64,000 nt of DNA, taken from NCBI GenBank assembly GCA_963701855.1, contig CAVPBK010000006.1, positions 64,001 through 128,000 of the forward strand, read 5' to 3'. Numbering within the stretch: position 1 is the stretch's first letter; each line of letters opens with the position of its first letter. The notes beneath the pieces are model-generated. The model did not search any database. It worked only from the letters and a program-made list of their open reading frames with translations, and was not told where the DNA came from. Positions 20,357 through 31,346 of the stretch are shown piece by piece. Both the position numbers and the translations under genes were made by a program. The stretch comes from Nitrospirota bacterium (GTDB lineage: Bacteria > Nitrospirota > Nitrospiria > Nitrospirales > Nitrospiraceae).

Positions 20357-21094
20357 TCACGCCGGTTTCCCAGACCATTTCTTATATAGGCTTGGCACAA
20401 GGGCCAGAAGCCCTAGCAATACAAATGCTCCAATCACTCCAGGGGAAGCAATGTCTTTCAACGAATTGATCGTACCGAGTTGCCGGCCCGCGTAGGCATA
20501 GACGAAGGAACCGGGGATAATCCCGATCGCCGTCGCCGCCACATAGGTGCCGACATTCATGCGAGTCAGGCCGGATACCAGATTCACCACAAAAAACGGA
20601 AAGAGGGGAATCAGCCGGAGGGTCATGAGATAGCTGAACGCATTATTCGCAAAGCCTTGTTGAACCGGACCCAGCCACTTGCCAAACTTCCGTTCCACCC
20701 AATCGCGCAGCAAGTAGCGGGATGCAAGAAACGCGAGCGTCGCGCCTGTCGTCGCCCCTAGGTTTACGAATCGTGTGCCCCACACAAACCCGAAGAGAAA
20801 TCCGCCTGCCAGTGTCAGAATCACGGCGCCGGGAAGCGAAAGCCCCGTCACGGCCACATAAACCAAGACGAACAACGCGGCGGCGACGGCAGCATGTGCT
20901 TCGGTAAACGACAATAGATAATCACGATTCTCTTTGAGCGCATCCAAGGAGAGGAAGCGACCCAGATCGAAGTAGAAAAATGCAGCCACTGCAACTCCGA
21001 TCGCAAGGACCACGGCAATTTTCCCGACACTCAGCCCACTCTTTGCTTCAGAAGATGGGATATCGTTCGTCATGACGGTTTGTCCGCTTATCAT
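20357..21094 (-). CDS. TVP38/TMEM64 (DedA/SNARE-associated) membrane protein
   Basis: LTLAGGFLFG, GATLAFLASRYL, LRLIPLFPFFVVN, GIIPG. Confidence 0.9.
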   Translation of the reverse strand: MISGQTVMTNDIPSSEAKSGLSVGKIAVVLAIGVAVAAFFYFDLGRFLSLDALKENRDYLLSFTEAHAAVAAALFVLVYVAVTGLSLPGAVILTLAGGFLFGFVWGTRFVNLGATTGATLAFLASRYLLRDWVERKFGKWLGPVQQGFANNAFSYLMTLRLIPLFPFFVVNLVSGLTRMNVGTYVAATAIGIIPGSFVYAYAGRQLGTINSLKDIASPGVIGAFVLLGLLALVPSLYKKWSGKPA

Positions 21095-21427
21095 GGGGAC
21101 TCCTATTCTGGCTGTCAATGTGGACAAGTACCTCTCAGTCGTCTGAAATCCCGTGGTCTTACAGTGGCCATTCTCTGCCACACACAAGCGCTTAGCTGCT
21201 AGAGCAGGATACGGGGAAAGTCGCCCGCAAGAACCGTGAAAGGTCCCTCGGCTTGGCTCAGGACGGTGAGCTGTCGAACCGTAAGACGGAAAAGGTGAGA
21301 GGTAAGACTAGCGAGTGCTCTTCCTCCAAAACGTTTGACGCCTCACGGATCGCTGACAGACTTTTGAGCAGCCTGCTAGAGGTCTACGAAACGAGACGGC
21401 GATTGGATGTTGAGGCAGCAGAGCCAG

Positions 21428-21991
21428 CTATCGTGGCCGGCGATCATGAAGATCGCGATCCATATCGAGCCGGCCGAACGTCCGTTCAACTGGGTCGATC
21501 GTTCCATCCTGGTTGCGGTCGAGTTCTTGGAAATGGTCGTGGGTCAATTCAGGATTGTGCGGGTCTGGAACTCCTGCACCAAGATGATTCCGGCGAGGAT
21601 CGTAGCGCTGGGGGCTCTCTAGCATGCCGTGGTACATAAGATCGGTTCTTGGCTGCACGACGGCTTTCGGCACCCTTCTCCTATGAACTTTCATACGTCG
21701 AGGGCTCTTCGGACTTGTCGACTTAAGCTCAGCCTGTGCCGGCTTGGCCTGCTTCTGAATCGCCTCCGGTAGACGCTCCGTGGCAACGGATGTGGGGTTC
21801 TTCTTGGCATGCTGGATCGACGGGTTTTGCCCTCGTTCAAATTGTTGCTTGGCAGGCTTATCTGCGACAATAGCAGGAGCCGGCTCTCTTGTTTTTTTGG
21901 CAGCCGCGAACGCATCTCCTGCGGCAGCCCCTGAGAAAGCCAGCAAACAGGCATAGACCAATCCCCTCACACTGGAACCCACTCGCGTCAT
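21428..21991 (-). CDS. Exported hypothetical protein with one EF-hand-like motif
   Basis: RBS AGGAGG, signal peptide, FQELDRNQDGTIDPVE. Confidence 0.7.
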   Translation of the reverse strand: MTRVGSSVRGLVYACLLAFSGAAAGDAFAAAKKTREPAPAIVADKPAKQQFERGQNPSIQHAKKNPTSVATERLPEAIQKQAKPAQAELKSTSPKSPRRMKVHRRRVPKAVVQPRTDLMYHGMLESPQRYDPRRNHLGAGVPDPHNPELTHDHFQELDRNQDGTIDPVERTFGRLDMDRDLHDRRPR

Positions 21992-22255
21992 ACCCCTCCT
22001 ATCTAAGAACCCATACAAGTGTAGCAGGTCACACATGCGATCCTAAAACCAAGAAACTCAATGAATTAGAGCCTATGTCATCTTGAGGGGGAAGATAATC
22101 CCGCATTATTCATGACGCTTCCGCTGCAAACGCGGATTCGCCGCGCTTGCGCATGAAGCGCAAGCGCCGTGTACTGGTCCCTCGCTTCACGCGATACACT
22201 TCAATAGAACACGCGTTTGAATAGTTTTTCGACGAACCGGCATGAACCATGTGGG

Positions 22256-22960
22256 CTAAAATGGGAAGTAGAGTTCCACCCCGCCGTAGGCACCATTCTG
22301 AAATGTTTGCGTGTATTGATAGCCTCCTTTGAGCGTCAGATAAAAGCGCTCGACCGGCACTTGAACCAGCGGGCCTGTTTGGACCGCATAGAATTGATTG
22401 TTCCCCATGCCTGCGAGGTCCCACCCAAGGTAGGTGGAGCAACAGCCCTGTTCGCTCTTGTGGACCAACCTGGTAGCTCTGAGGCGGCTCCACACGAAAC
22501 TGTCCAAGTCCGTGTAAGACACGATGCCATGAAATGTTCCCTTTTCATGCCAATAGAAAGCCTCCCCTTGAAGGTACAGGCCGACATCAGTCTCGTCTGA
22601 TCTGCCGCCAGTTTGGCGATCCTCCTGTTTCCATCGAAACTGAGGACCGGCGAACCCGATGAAGTTCCATGGGCCCTGAATAAATTTGATTCCCAACGAT
22701 GGGGACGCAAACTGAACCTCGGCCTTACGATTTACGCCGTTATCTTTAAATGTGTACCCGAGCCCGGCTCCCATGACTTGAATAAACGGTTGGAGATTTG
22801 ACTCTCCCGATGTGAGCGGCGTCCGAACGCCCAAATACGTGAAGTATTCGCCCTGATTGTCGATTTGGTAACCCGTAAAGACGTCTCCGGCTATCCCGGC
22901 ACCGGGCCACAACAGCGCCGCACACAGTGCTACGCAGCAAGTGACGTGAGTTCTCGCCAT
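22256..22960 (-). CDS. bcsS: BcsS-like outer-membrane beta-barrel protein
   Basis: Signal peptide, alternating aromatic beta-strands, C-terminal YFPF beta-signal; overlaps the end of bcsA. Confidence 0.65.
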   Translation of the reverse strand: MARTHVTCCVALCAALLWPGAGIAGDVFTGYQIDNQGEYFTYLGVRTPLTSGESNLQPFIQVMGAGLGYTFKDNGVNRKAEVQFASPSLGIKFIQGPWNFIGFAGPQFRWKQEDRQTGGRSDETDVGLYLQGEAFYWHEKGTFHGIVSYTDLDSFVWSRLRATRLVHKSEQGCCSTYLGWDLAGMGNNQFYAVQTGPLVQVPVERFYLTLKGGYQYTQTFQNGAYGGVELYFPF

Positions 22961-25204
22961 TGGTCCGCTCCCTTCTCCACCTGCTCGATCGCAAAGCCTG
23001 CCAAGACCGCTCCTTCGGCCTGCATCGCCCAACGCCGGCGGACTTTCAGTGCAACGGACTCCACATACAGGATCCCATTCTCGCCGACAAGATCAACCGT
23101 TCCAGGGATGTTTACCGAAAGACCGGTCGCTGAAATCTGCTCGACTGTACCTTCCAGGGTACGGTCTGCCGATACCAGGCGACAGTTCCCTTGATATGCA
23201 AGGCGAAGGTCACTCCGATGTGACTTTCTCAATGGCTTGATGACTTTTCCGAACACGCGCAGTAGGGACCATAAGCTCCGAAATACTCCCGGCTCGGCTT
23301 CGGGTTGATTCCATGCACGGGAATCGGAAAACACGGCGGCGATCAATGAATCGCCGGTCTCGTCGTCCAGATCGATAAATTTCAGTCCGATCTCTATGGA
23401 ATCCGATGACACCCGCTCCTGGCGACACATTCGACTTTCGATGGTGAGACAGTCACCTGCTAGGTTAGCGACGCTGAAGAGCAGATGGTCGTTTACTTCC
23501 AGCAGTGGCCTATTCACGTGAATAAGAGCACCAGTTTCATTCATGTCTTCCACCGTGCCGCTGAACCGTTTCCCTGCTGCGATCAATTCACAGGGCAGTC
23601 GGTGCCTGATGCGAAATGTTTTGCGCCACTCCGGCAGCTCCGCGGCAGCCAAAATGACCACACCAATCAAAATGAGATTGACCAACCCCCAGAAGAGGCT
23701 GACCTCCAATCCCGGGAGAGGAACGTTTGCCATCCACAGGCGAATGCCCGTCACCAGTCCTGCAATGAGCAACCCCATGATAATGAGGTGGGGCAGGATA
23801 TAGGAGAATCGTGAGACCCTGCGCCGCTCCTCTTGAACCACTCCCTTTGGGGTGATGACGAATGGGCGTTTCTTCCAAGGCCGTATCGCGGTCTTGAGCG
23901 ACGGTCCAACTCAGTGCGAGGCTACCCGCCGTTTCGTAGATGTCAGACCAGAAAGCATTTCGCGTGCCCCGGCTGACGGTTCTCAGCATCACGAGCGTCG
24001 CCAGATAATAGGATCCGAAAAAGTTGACGAGCGATGGGACATCAGCCGTGACAGGAATGATTCCGAACAGCAGGGCAATCAACGGGGCGACGAGGCAGAC
24101 GACCCGAGGAATTCCATGAAGAAAGTAGAAGATGGATGCAAAGTATCCGAGTCGTTGGGGCATCGTGAGACCGAGCATGGTGAACGGATTTGTCTGAAAG
24201 AAGATTTGCACATGGCCCGTAGCCCATCGTATCCGCTGTCTCATTGAACTTTCGAAACTTTCCGGCATAAGACCGGCTGCCAGCACCTTATTAAGATAGC
24301 ATGAGCGATAGCCCTTCGCATGGATCACCATGCTCGTGTGGACGTCTTCGGTCACGGTCTCGGTGCGGAATCCGCCGATCTCAACCAGCACACGACGGCG
24401 GAACAACCCGCAGCTTCCCGCGAAGAACGCGCTATTATGGCGATCGCGTCCGGATTGAAGCACACGATAGAACAAGGCTTGCTCATTCTTGAGGATTCCC
24501 TCGAGTTGCAGGTTTTTCTGAAATACGTCGGAATTGTAAAAATGATGCGGCGTCTGGACGAAGGCGACTTGTTCGTCCTGGAAAAACCCTACCGTATCTT
24601 TCAAGAAACTGCTGGTCGGAACGTGATCGACGTCGAAAATCGCAATGATTTCTCCCGATGTTTCATGCAAGGCATGATTCAGGTTTCCAGCTTTCGCATG
24701 TTGTCGATCCGCCCGGCGGATGTATCCACAGTTCAACGATGAAGCTAATACCCTAACCTCGTCTCGTTGACCATCGTCAAGCACATACACCCGGTAGCGG
24801 TCGTTGGGATAGTCCTGGTTGACACAGCCGATCAGCGTGCGGCGAAGAATGCTCAGAGGCTCATCGACAACCGTGACAAAGATATCCACGATCGGATAGC
24901 GGCGCAATGGCACCGGTTGACGTTCGAGCGGCGACCAGGCGTGGTAAGCAAATAATAGGATTTGCACAAAGGCATAGGCTTCCGCCATATAAACCGTCCA
25001 ACTCACTAGGAGGCTTGCCCAGTCGCCGGTGTTCAGGGTATAGAGGCCTCTCCACAACAGGTACCGTGCATACAAGAACAGGGTCAGGGCCAGGATGACC
25101 TGATGCCCCCGTTTCTTCCAGCTGAGGAGGCTGATGACAGCCAGGACAACGAGCGACAGCGGTATGGCCACCGAGGAGTTATAGAATTGATTGAGCCATG
25201 TCAT
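22930..25204 (-). CDS. bcsA: Cellulose synthase catalytic subunit-like GT2 with two PilZ domains, split by a +1 insertion
   Basis: DDG, HAKAGNLN, FDVD, QTPH, TED, QRIRW. Removing G23900 restores WTVLKTAIRPWKKRPFVITPKG (FxVTxK-type gating loop). PilZ motifs RKTFR...DMNETG and RSDLR...QISATG. Confidence 0.88.
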
Positions 25205-25616
25205 AGGTATTTCCTTTATACGGCTCCCTCTTCTGAGTCGTCTCCCTCACGTACTCGCTTCAATTCACGAGACAACCGCATCAACCGATCACCGTGATTA
25301 CTGCTCCTAATCGAAATGCCGCACCATTGACCGGTGATTCCCTATCTTGCCCTGACCAGGATTTCTGGGTTGCTTTCATTTCGCCGCGTGCATGACCACC
25401 TTAGAATGGGATGCCTTTTCTGCCTATACCGAGGACGGAGGGAGAACAGCTATACAGGCGGGGTACTTTCTATGGGGTAGAAATGCCGCACGCGATGCTA
25501 ACCCGCAGTATTCACGAGAGTTCGCGACGAACCGTCATGGATAATGCAGGCTGTCCTGCTTTTCCTGCTTGTAAGCTCTCCCTCTCCTGTCCTACTCTGT
25601 ACACGGAGGCCGGAAT

Positions 25617-26261
25617 ATGGATGAATCTAGTCGTCTAACCAAGACGAAAGAACAGTGGGCGAAGGCTCGGCGTGGCGGTGAAGAACGGGAAGTGTTTTAC
25701 GAAGGAGATGCCCGCCTGCCACCGGGGCAGCATCTCGTCGAGACCTGGCCTGTGCTCGATCTCGGTCAAAAGCCTGACATTCCGCTCTCGGAATGGAAGC
25801 TCACCATCGGCGGATTCGTGACAACACCCGTCACCTGGACCTGGGAAGACTTTCTCGCCCAGCCCCAGTTCAAAGACGTCTCAGACTTCCACTGCGTGAC
25901 GAGCTGGAGCCGGTTCGACAATGAGTGGGAAGGGGTCAGTTTCAAACACATTCTGTCCGTGGTGAAGCCGTTGCCCTCGGCGAAGTTCGTCCTCTTCAAA
26001 TCGTTCGACGACTACACCACCAATTTGCCACTTGACGCCTGCAACGATAAAGACGTGCTGCTGACATACAGATGGAATGGCAGACCCCTCACAAAGGAAC
26101 ATGGAGGCCCGGTTCGTGTGATTGTCCCGAAGCGCTATGCCTGGAAAGGCGCCAAGTGGGTGAAGGAGATTACCTTTTCGGATAAAGATGAAAAGGGGTT
26201 CTGGGAAGTGCGGGGCTACTCGAACAGTGCGTTCCCCTGGGAGAACGATCGATATGGGTGA
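25617..26261 (+). CDS. Sulfite oxidase-like molybdopterin oxidoreductase (YuiH-like, cytoplasmic)
   Basis: RLPPGQ, DFHCVTSWS, HGGPVR, YAWKGAKW, GFWEVRGY. Confidence 0.9.
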   Translation: MDESSRLTKTKEQWAKARRGGEEREVFYEGDARLPPGQHLVETWPVLDLGQKPDIPLSEWKLTIGGFVTTPVTWTWEDFLAQPQFKDVSDFHCVTSWSRFDNEWEGVSFKHILSVVKPLPSAKFVLFKSFDDYTTNLPLDACNDKDVLLTYRWNGRPLTKEHGGPVRVIVPKRYAWKGAKWVKEITFSDKDEKGFWEVRGYSNSAFPWENDRYG

Positions 26262-26447
26262 GCCATTCCAGCCAGCGGAGTGGCGCACGGCAAGCGCGAA
26301 GAACAAGACTCGCGCGACGTGTGAGCCCTATCCCTGCAGTCGCGCTTTTCCCGCCAGACTTGCCCGTTTCGCTTGAGACAGACATCGACGATTGCAGCAG
26401 AAGCCTTCCTAAATAGTGCGGGCTAAAGACAGGGCCCTTTCTTTCCA

Positions 26448-27554
26448 ATGCGCGACATGTCGAGCACCATACGCAAGGTGGAATTCTGGCCAGTGGATGT
26501 GCCCATCACGGACCCTTTCGTCGTCGCCACCGGCGCGCGAACAATTGCGGAAAATGTCTTTCTGCGCGTTACTCTGTCCAATGATGCACAGGGCTATGGC
26601 GAAGCAGCGCCGTTTCCTGAAGTTGGGGGAGAAACTCGTAAGAGCTGCCTTCTCGCACTCCACCAACTCGGCAAGACCGTCCTTGGTCGTTCAGCCGCAG
26701 GCTATACGGAAGTTGGGTGCTTGCTGTTTGAGCAGGCCCCCGCTTATCCAGCAGCACGTTGTGGACTTGAAACCGCCATCATTGATGCCTATTGCCATGT
26801 GGCGAATATCCCGATGTGGCAGCTTTGGGGGGGAGCGGATGTGCGAGCGCGTGAGACGGACATCACCATTCCCATCGCCGACCTCGACAAAACCGTCGCC
26901 CTCGCGCGCGGATGGTATGCGAAGGGGTTCCGCCTCTTCAAAATGAAGGTCGGCAAGGATGTCGAGAGTGATGTCCGGCGTCTGGAAGTCGTGCATCGCG
27001 CACTCCCCGGCATCTCGTTCATCGGCGATGGCAACCAAGGCTTCTCGCGCGAGGACTGTCTGACCTTTGCACAAGGGGTGAAGAACTTTGGCGGGACGAT
27101 GGTGCTGCTTGAACAGCCGGTGGTGCGGGATGACCTCGATAGCATGGAGGCGATTCGTCGAGAGACCGGCATTCCCGTTGCGGCGGATGAATCGGTCCGC
27201 TCGCTCGCAGATGCGCAAGAGGTCGTCGCCCGAAACGCGGCTGACTACATTAATATCAAGATCATGAAGACCGGCGTCGCCGAAGCAGTGGAGATCGCGT
27301 CCTTCACTAAAACATCCGGCCTCAAGTTGATGATCGGCGGGATGGTCGAAACACGCGTGGCAATGGGCTGCTCCTTCAGCCTGGTCCTGGGGCTCGGAGG
27401 CTTCGAGGTGCTTGACCTCGATACCCCGCTCTTGCTGGCCGGTGATCCTGTGACAGGTGGCTACCGATATGACGGTTCACGCCTCCAACCTTGGTCAAGA
27501 CCAGGCCTCGACATGACAACTGCCCTTTCTCCGAACGTCACCACCATCGAATAG
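26448..27554 (+). CDS. Dipeptide (L-Ala-D/L-Glu) epimerase, enolase superfamily
   Basis: GYGEAAP, KMKVG, DGNQG, EQP, ADES, NIKIMK, DLD. Confidence 0.9.
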   Translation: MRDMSSTIRKVEFWPVDVPITDPFVVATGARTIAENVFLRVTLSNDAQGYGEAAPFPEVGGETRKSCLLALHQLGKTVLGRSAAGYTEVGCLLFEQAPAYPAARCGLETAIIDAYCHVANIPMWQLWGGADVRARETDITIPIADLDKTVALARGWYAKGFRLFKMKVGKDVESDVRRLEVVHRALPGISFIGDGNQGFSREDCLTFAQGVKNFGGTMVLLEQPVVRDDLDSMEAIRRETGIPVAADESVRSLADAQEVVARNAADYINIKIMKTGVAEAVEIASFTKTSGLKLMIGGMVETRVAMGCSFSLVLGLGGFEVLDLDTPLLLAGDPVTGGYRYDGSRLQPWSRPGLDMTTALSPNVTTIE

Positions 27555-27555
27555 A

Positions 27556-27756
27556 TCACGTTGTAGCTTCGTCACACTTCTTACAGTTCAACGTCTCTCC
27601 GAGATGCTGGCTCCGGCCCTTCTCTGTCAAAACCCAGAGGCGATTTGTCATCGGTGGCTGATGGCGTACATGCTGACCATGGCCACAGTGCAGATCGGCC
27701 ACCCAATCGCCATATTCATCCATATGATAACCAACAATGGGTTGCTGCACGCACAA
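27556..27756 (-). CDS. DUF3565-family small protein
   Basis: IVGYHMDEYGDWVADLHCGHGQHVRHQPP...LNCKKCD. Confidence 0.85.
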   Translation of the reverse strand: MCVQQPIVGYHMDEYGDWVADLHCGHGQHVRHQPPMTNRLWVLTEKGRSQHLGETLNCKKCDEATT

Positions 27757-27836
27757 GCCTCCTTCGCGTCCCCGTTATCGATTCCATAGAGGTATGCTAC
27801 ACTTGCGCGCATGTTAGCACGAACGAAGGAGCACAA

Positions 27837-28736
27837 GTGATGGGGCAGCCTGATTCAAGAATCGGCTTCGTGGGAGTGGGACGGATGGGGGCCAACATGG
27901 CCCGACGTTTGAAGGATCGAGAGGAAACGATCGTCGCCGTATACGATCGAGATCAAGCCCTTGCCACCGGCCTTGCGACCGAGCTTGGGTGTGAGGCGGC
28001 TGCATCCGCTGCCAGGGTTGCGGAACTTGCAGGCATCATTTTCACGGTCGTGTCCGATGACTCTGCGATGCGCGAAATCTTTTCCACGACCAGCGCAGAG
28101 AATCTGCTCTTCCACTCCAAGAACCGACTCTTCATAAATTGCGCCACCCTCTCGCCGGCTGTGCACATCGAGGTCGAAACTCTCGTGATACAACACGGTG
28201 GCCAGAGCCTTGAAGCCTGCATGGCCAGCAGCATCACACAGGCACGCCAAGGCACCCTCTACCTCATGTGCGGCGGATGTCCGGATGTGTTTGAATCGGC
28301 GAAGCCGCTCTTGGAAAAACTGAGTGCGCAACTCCGCTATATCGGATCGGCAGGAGAAGCCGCAAAGGTCAAAGCCCTGGTGAACATGGTGATGAACTGC
28401 AATACGGCCGCACTCGCAGAAGGGCTTGGGCTTGGCGCATCACTTGGCTTCGATCTGACGATGTTGCGGGACATCTTCGCCCAAACAGGGGCTGCATCGC
28501 GCGTGTTAGAGACAGATGGCGAGGACATGCAGAACCGCGCCCACGACTGCTACTTTTCGGCTGCGCATGCAGCCAAGGACTCAGGCATCGCCCTGGCATT
28601 AGCGAAAACCGCCGGGCTCGCGGTCCCGTTGACTCAAGCGACACACGATCAATACCGGCGGCTAGTTGCCCTCGGCAAAGGTGAGATGGACAAGTCCGCT
28701 GTCTCTGAGCTGACGTTTAAAGATCGAAGCTCCTAG
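27837..28736 (+). CDS. NAD(P)-dependent beta-hydroxyacid dehydrogenase family
   Basis: IGFVGVGRMGANMA, GTLYLMCGG, KALVNMV; RBS AAGGAG upstream. Confidence 0.9.
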   Translation: MMGQPDSRIGFVGVGRMGANMARRLKDREETIVAVYDRDQALATGLATELGCEAAASAARVAELAGIIFTVVSDDSAMREIFSTTSAENLLFHSKNRLFINCATLSPAVHIEVETLVIQHGGQSLEACMASSITQARQGTLYLMCGGCPDVFESAKPLLEKLSAQLRYIGSAGEAAKVKALVNMVMNCNTAALAEGLGLGASLGFDLTMLRDIFAQTGAASRVLETDGEDMQNRAHDCYFSAAHAAKDSGIALALAKTAGLAVPLTQATHDQYRRLVALGKGEMDKSAVSELTFKDRSS

Positions 28737-28772
28737 CTCGTATGGTTCACGACAGTCCGTCATTCCCCGCCC

Positions 28773-29228
28773 TCACCGTTTCTCAAATGGCAGTTCAGAT
28801 CGCTGACTGGCCGGAAAGTAGGTCCAGACCTTCTGCTCATTCTCATCGAAGCTGCCAATGAAGGTCACGAAGCGATCGAGTGTGCGAAACTCAGCCAGTG
28901 TAATAGTACAGTGCGGTACATCGATGACACGAGCATCGAATTGCCCCACCACATAGAGCACACCAGCTCCCGCTTGGTAAAGATTCCGTCGGCTCGCATA
29001 CCCAGTATTGGGGAAGAGCTCAACCTCAAGGGAGCAGCTGCCAGGTCCCCTGAATACGAGATGAAGATCGTGCCGGGAGAGGAATGGATTGGTGGCGGTT
29101 CTGGTGATCGTCAGGCGCACCTGATCTGCCGAGAAGTCTACAGAGGCAGGCACCGGCACATCGTTGTTGCAGGCCGTCAGCAGCAAGAGGAGAGCAGTCA
29201 AGTATCTTGCTGGATTGGCCCCCGTCAC
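28773..29228 (-). CDS. Hypothetical lipoprotein
   Basis: Lipobox LTAC; overlaps the stop of the upstream gene. Confidence 0.7.
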   Translation of the reverse strand: MTGANPARYLTALLLLLTACNNDVPVPASVDFSADQVRLTITRTATNPFLSRHDLHLVFRGPGSCSLEVELFPNTGYASRRNLYQAGAGVLYVVGQFDARVIDVPHCTITLAEFRTLDRFVTFIGSFDENEQKVWTYFPASQRSELPFEKR

Positions 29229-29776
29229 TTGCTTGCCGGAACTTTCGAGACAGCGCCAATCGCATCAAGCCCTGCTTGAGCACAGACATCGTCGAGATGT
29301 GCCCCTGGCGCCCCACCGACGCCAATCCCTCCGACAACCTCACCTCCGATCTCGATCGGGAGTCCGCCCCCCAGCATCAGCACCTGATCGTTCATATCGC
29401 GAAGCGCTTGCAAGGTCGGCACCTTATTAATCAGCTCAGCCAGTTCAGTAGTAGGACGGCGGAGGCTGGCAGCAGTATAGGCCTTCTTCCTGCTACTATC
29501 GAGTGTATGAGACCCTGCCCCATCGGCTCGGGCCATGGCACGAAGCACGCCGGCCCGATCCACGACCGACACGCTCACTCGATAGCCATCCTTGTTGCAG
29601 ACATCCAACGATGCCTGAATTGCCTTGCCGGCCAGCGAGAGCGGCAATACCGATTCTTTCGGCAATTCATCAGAAGCCGACACCGTATAAGACATCAACA
29701 TTACGAACGCCGTTGCAATCATGAGCTGATACGCCATAGGAACAAAACGTTTACGACGCAGTTGAACGCATGCCAT
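29225..29776 (-). CDS. GlcG/HbpS-family heme-binding protein, exported
   Basis: VSVVDRAG, KAYTA, GGGLPI, GGIGVGG, D-x-C-A. Confidence 0.9.
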   Translation of the reverse strand: MACVQLRRKRFVPMAYQLMIATAFVMLMSYTVSASDELPKESVLPLSLAGKAIQASLDVCNKDGYRVSVSVVDRAGVLRAMARADGAGSHTLDSSRKKAYTAASLRRPTTELAELINKVPTLQALRDMNDQVLMLGGGLPIEIGGEVVGGIGVGGAPGAHLDDVCAQAGLDAIGAVSKVPASK

Positions 29777-30219
29777 CGGTGTGTCTCCTGATTTAGAATA
29801 GAAATAGATATAGCGTGAGGAGCCTACGAAGGAGCGAGAGAACTGTCAAGAGGACAACTTTGGACTGGGGACTATGGGAGTGGAGAGTGCGGTCGTCAGC
29901 TCCAGACGACGCGTTCTTGATTGAGGAGGTAATCGATCACTTCGATGCTATTACGCATCTGAATCTGCGCCTTTTCTGACATGGGGAGGACGGCACCGAC
30001 CAGCTTGCCTGACTCGACGTCATCGAGCGACGGAATTCCGTCAGGCCCACGCTTTTCCAGCTCTTGTCGGTAACTTGCCACCGTCGCCTCCTGTTTCTCT
30101 GACAGTTGGATCAGCAATCCTTACGCCAGAGACTCATCATCTATCTGATACGGCGTACTGGTAGCATAGCACATGGAGATCAGTGCCCTGGGTAAAATGC
30201 CTATCATATTGATTGAAGG

Positions 30220-31275
30220 CTACTTTTCAGTCGATCGACGTGCGGAGGTCGAGGCAGGTGCGAGGGCGCCGAGGTATGGGAACTGACCAATTTTTAGAAG
30301 CGGCGTATCAAAACGTAGGCGAAAATCGTCATGCCCTGGGTCAACAAAGTAGGGGTCCCCGGTAATATCTGACTGGGCCTTGAGTTCCGGGGCCGGTTGG
30401 TTCGGATTACCCACCCGAAGATAATCACCATCTCTGTTGTAGAACGCATTGAAAGAGGTGGTAGTCTGACTGGATGGGGCGATCACAAACCCTACTCGAT
30501 TCAGCCCAACCACGTTGCCGGTGACGTTGCTCTCAGATTGCCCGAGGAACGCCGCGCCACCGCCATTTTTGACCAAGGTATTGCTTACGAGCACGGCTTG
30601 GGCACGATCGCTGACTACGACTGCTTCAAACAGACTGCGGGTAATCACGTTTCGCTCCAGCCGCACATTCGACTTGCCGGCAATCGAGACGCCATGATCG
30701 TTGTCATGGATAAAATTTCCGATGAGGACGGCTTCTGAATCGGCAAATTGAACGCCGGTCGTCTCACTTCCCCCGATAACACAATCTTCTATCCGCACAT
30801 CGTGGACTTGCTGACTGAACAATAGGCCATTGATCTTAATCCGGCGGAGAACAATCCCTTGCCCATTGAAGAGACCGACGGCGTGCCCCCCTCGGTCATT
30901 AATCGTCATGTCACTGATTTCAATGTCCGTCGCTCCATAGGGCCACTTGCCCACATGGAGAGCGCCTACCACAATATCGCGCCCCAAAATCGTCACCTGA
31001 TCCACCCCAGCCCCGACGAACTTGATCTTCTCTTTGCTGTGAATGGTCACGTCCTGAGGATAGTGGCCCGCCTTGACGAAGACGGTGTCGCCTTTCTTAG
31101 CGGCATCGACCGCTTCCTGAAGAGAGACGTAGTCCCCGCTTCCATCAAGCGAGACCACAATGGTCCGTGGGCCAAGTGCCGGCCCCTCATCGGCCCATAC
31201 CAGGCCGAAGCCCCAGAATCCAAGCGCCGCGATGAAACCTAAGATCATCACTTGTTTCATCATGCTCGAACTCAT
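30220..31275 (-). CDS. Exported right-handed parallel beta-helix protein
   Basis: DGSGDYVSLQEAVDA pectinesterase-like cap, Asn-ladder repeats, DPYFVD...DFRL. Confidence 0.85.
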   Translation of the reverse strand: MSSSMMKQVMILGFIAALGFWGFGLVWADEGPALGPRTIVVSLDGSGDYVSLQEAVDAAKKGDTVFVKAGHYPQDVTIHSKEKIKFVGAGVDQVTILGRDIVVGALHVGKWPYGATDIEISDMTINDRGGHAVGLFNGQGIVLRRIKINGLLFSQQVHDVRIEDCVIGGSETTGVQFADSEAVLIGNFIHDNDHGVSIAGKSNVRLERNVITRSLFEAVVVSDRAQAVLVSNTLVKNGGGAAFLGQSESNVTGNVVGLNRVGFVIAPSSQTTTSFNAFYNRDGDYLRVGNPNQPAPELKAQSDITGDPYFVDPGHDDFRLRFDTPLLKIGQFPYLGALAPASTSARRSTEK

Positions 31276-31346
31276 ACAAGCCTAAGCAGTTAGAAGTCAA
31301 TCGGGGTTGATTGTGAGGCAAGAGTTCGCATGATATCCTCCACGCC

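Noticed and set aside
29896..30117. 73-aa minus-strand ORF
   Set aside because: TTG start with no RBS and no recognisable family; possibly a gene remnant, not supportable as a feature.
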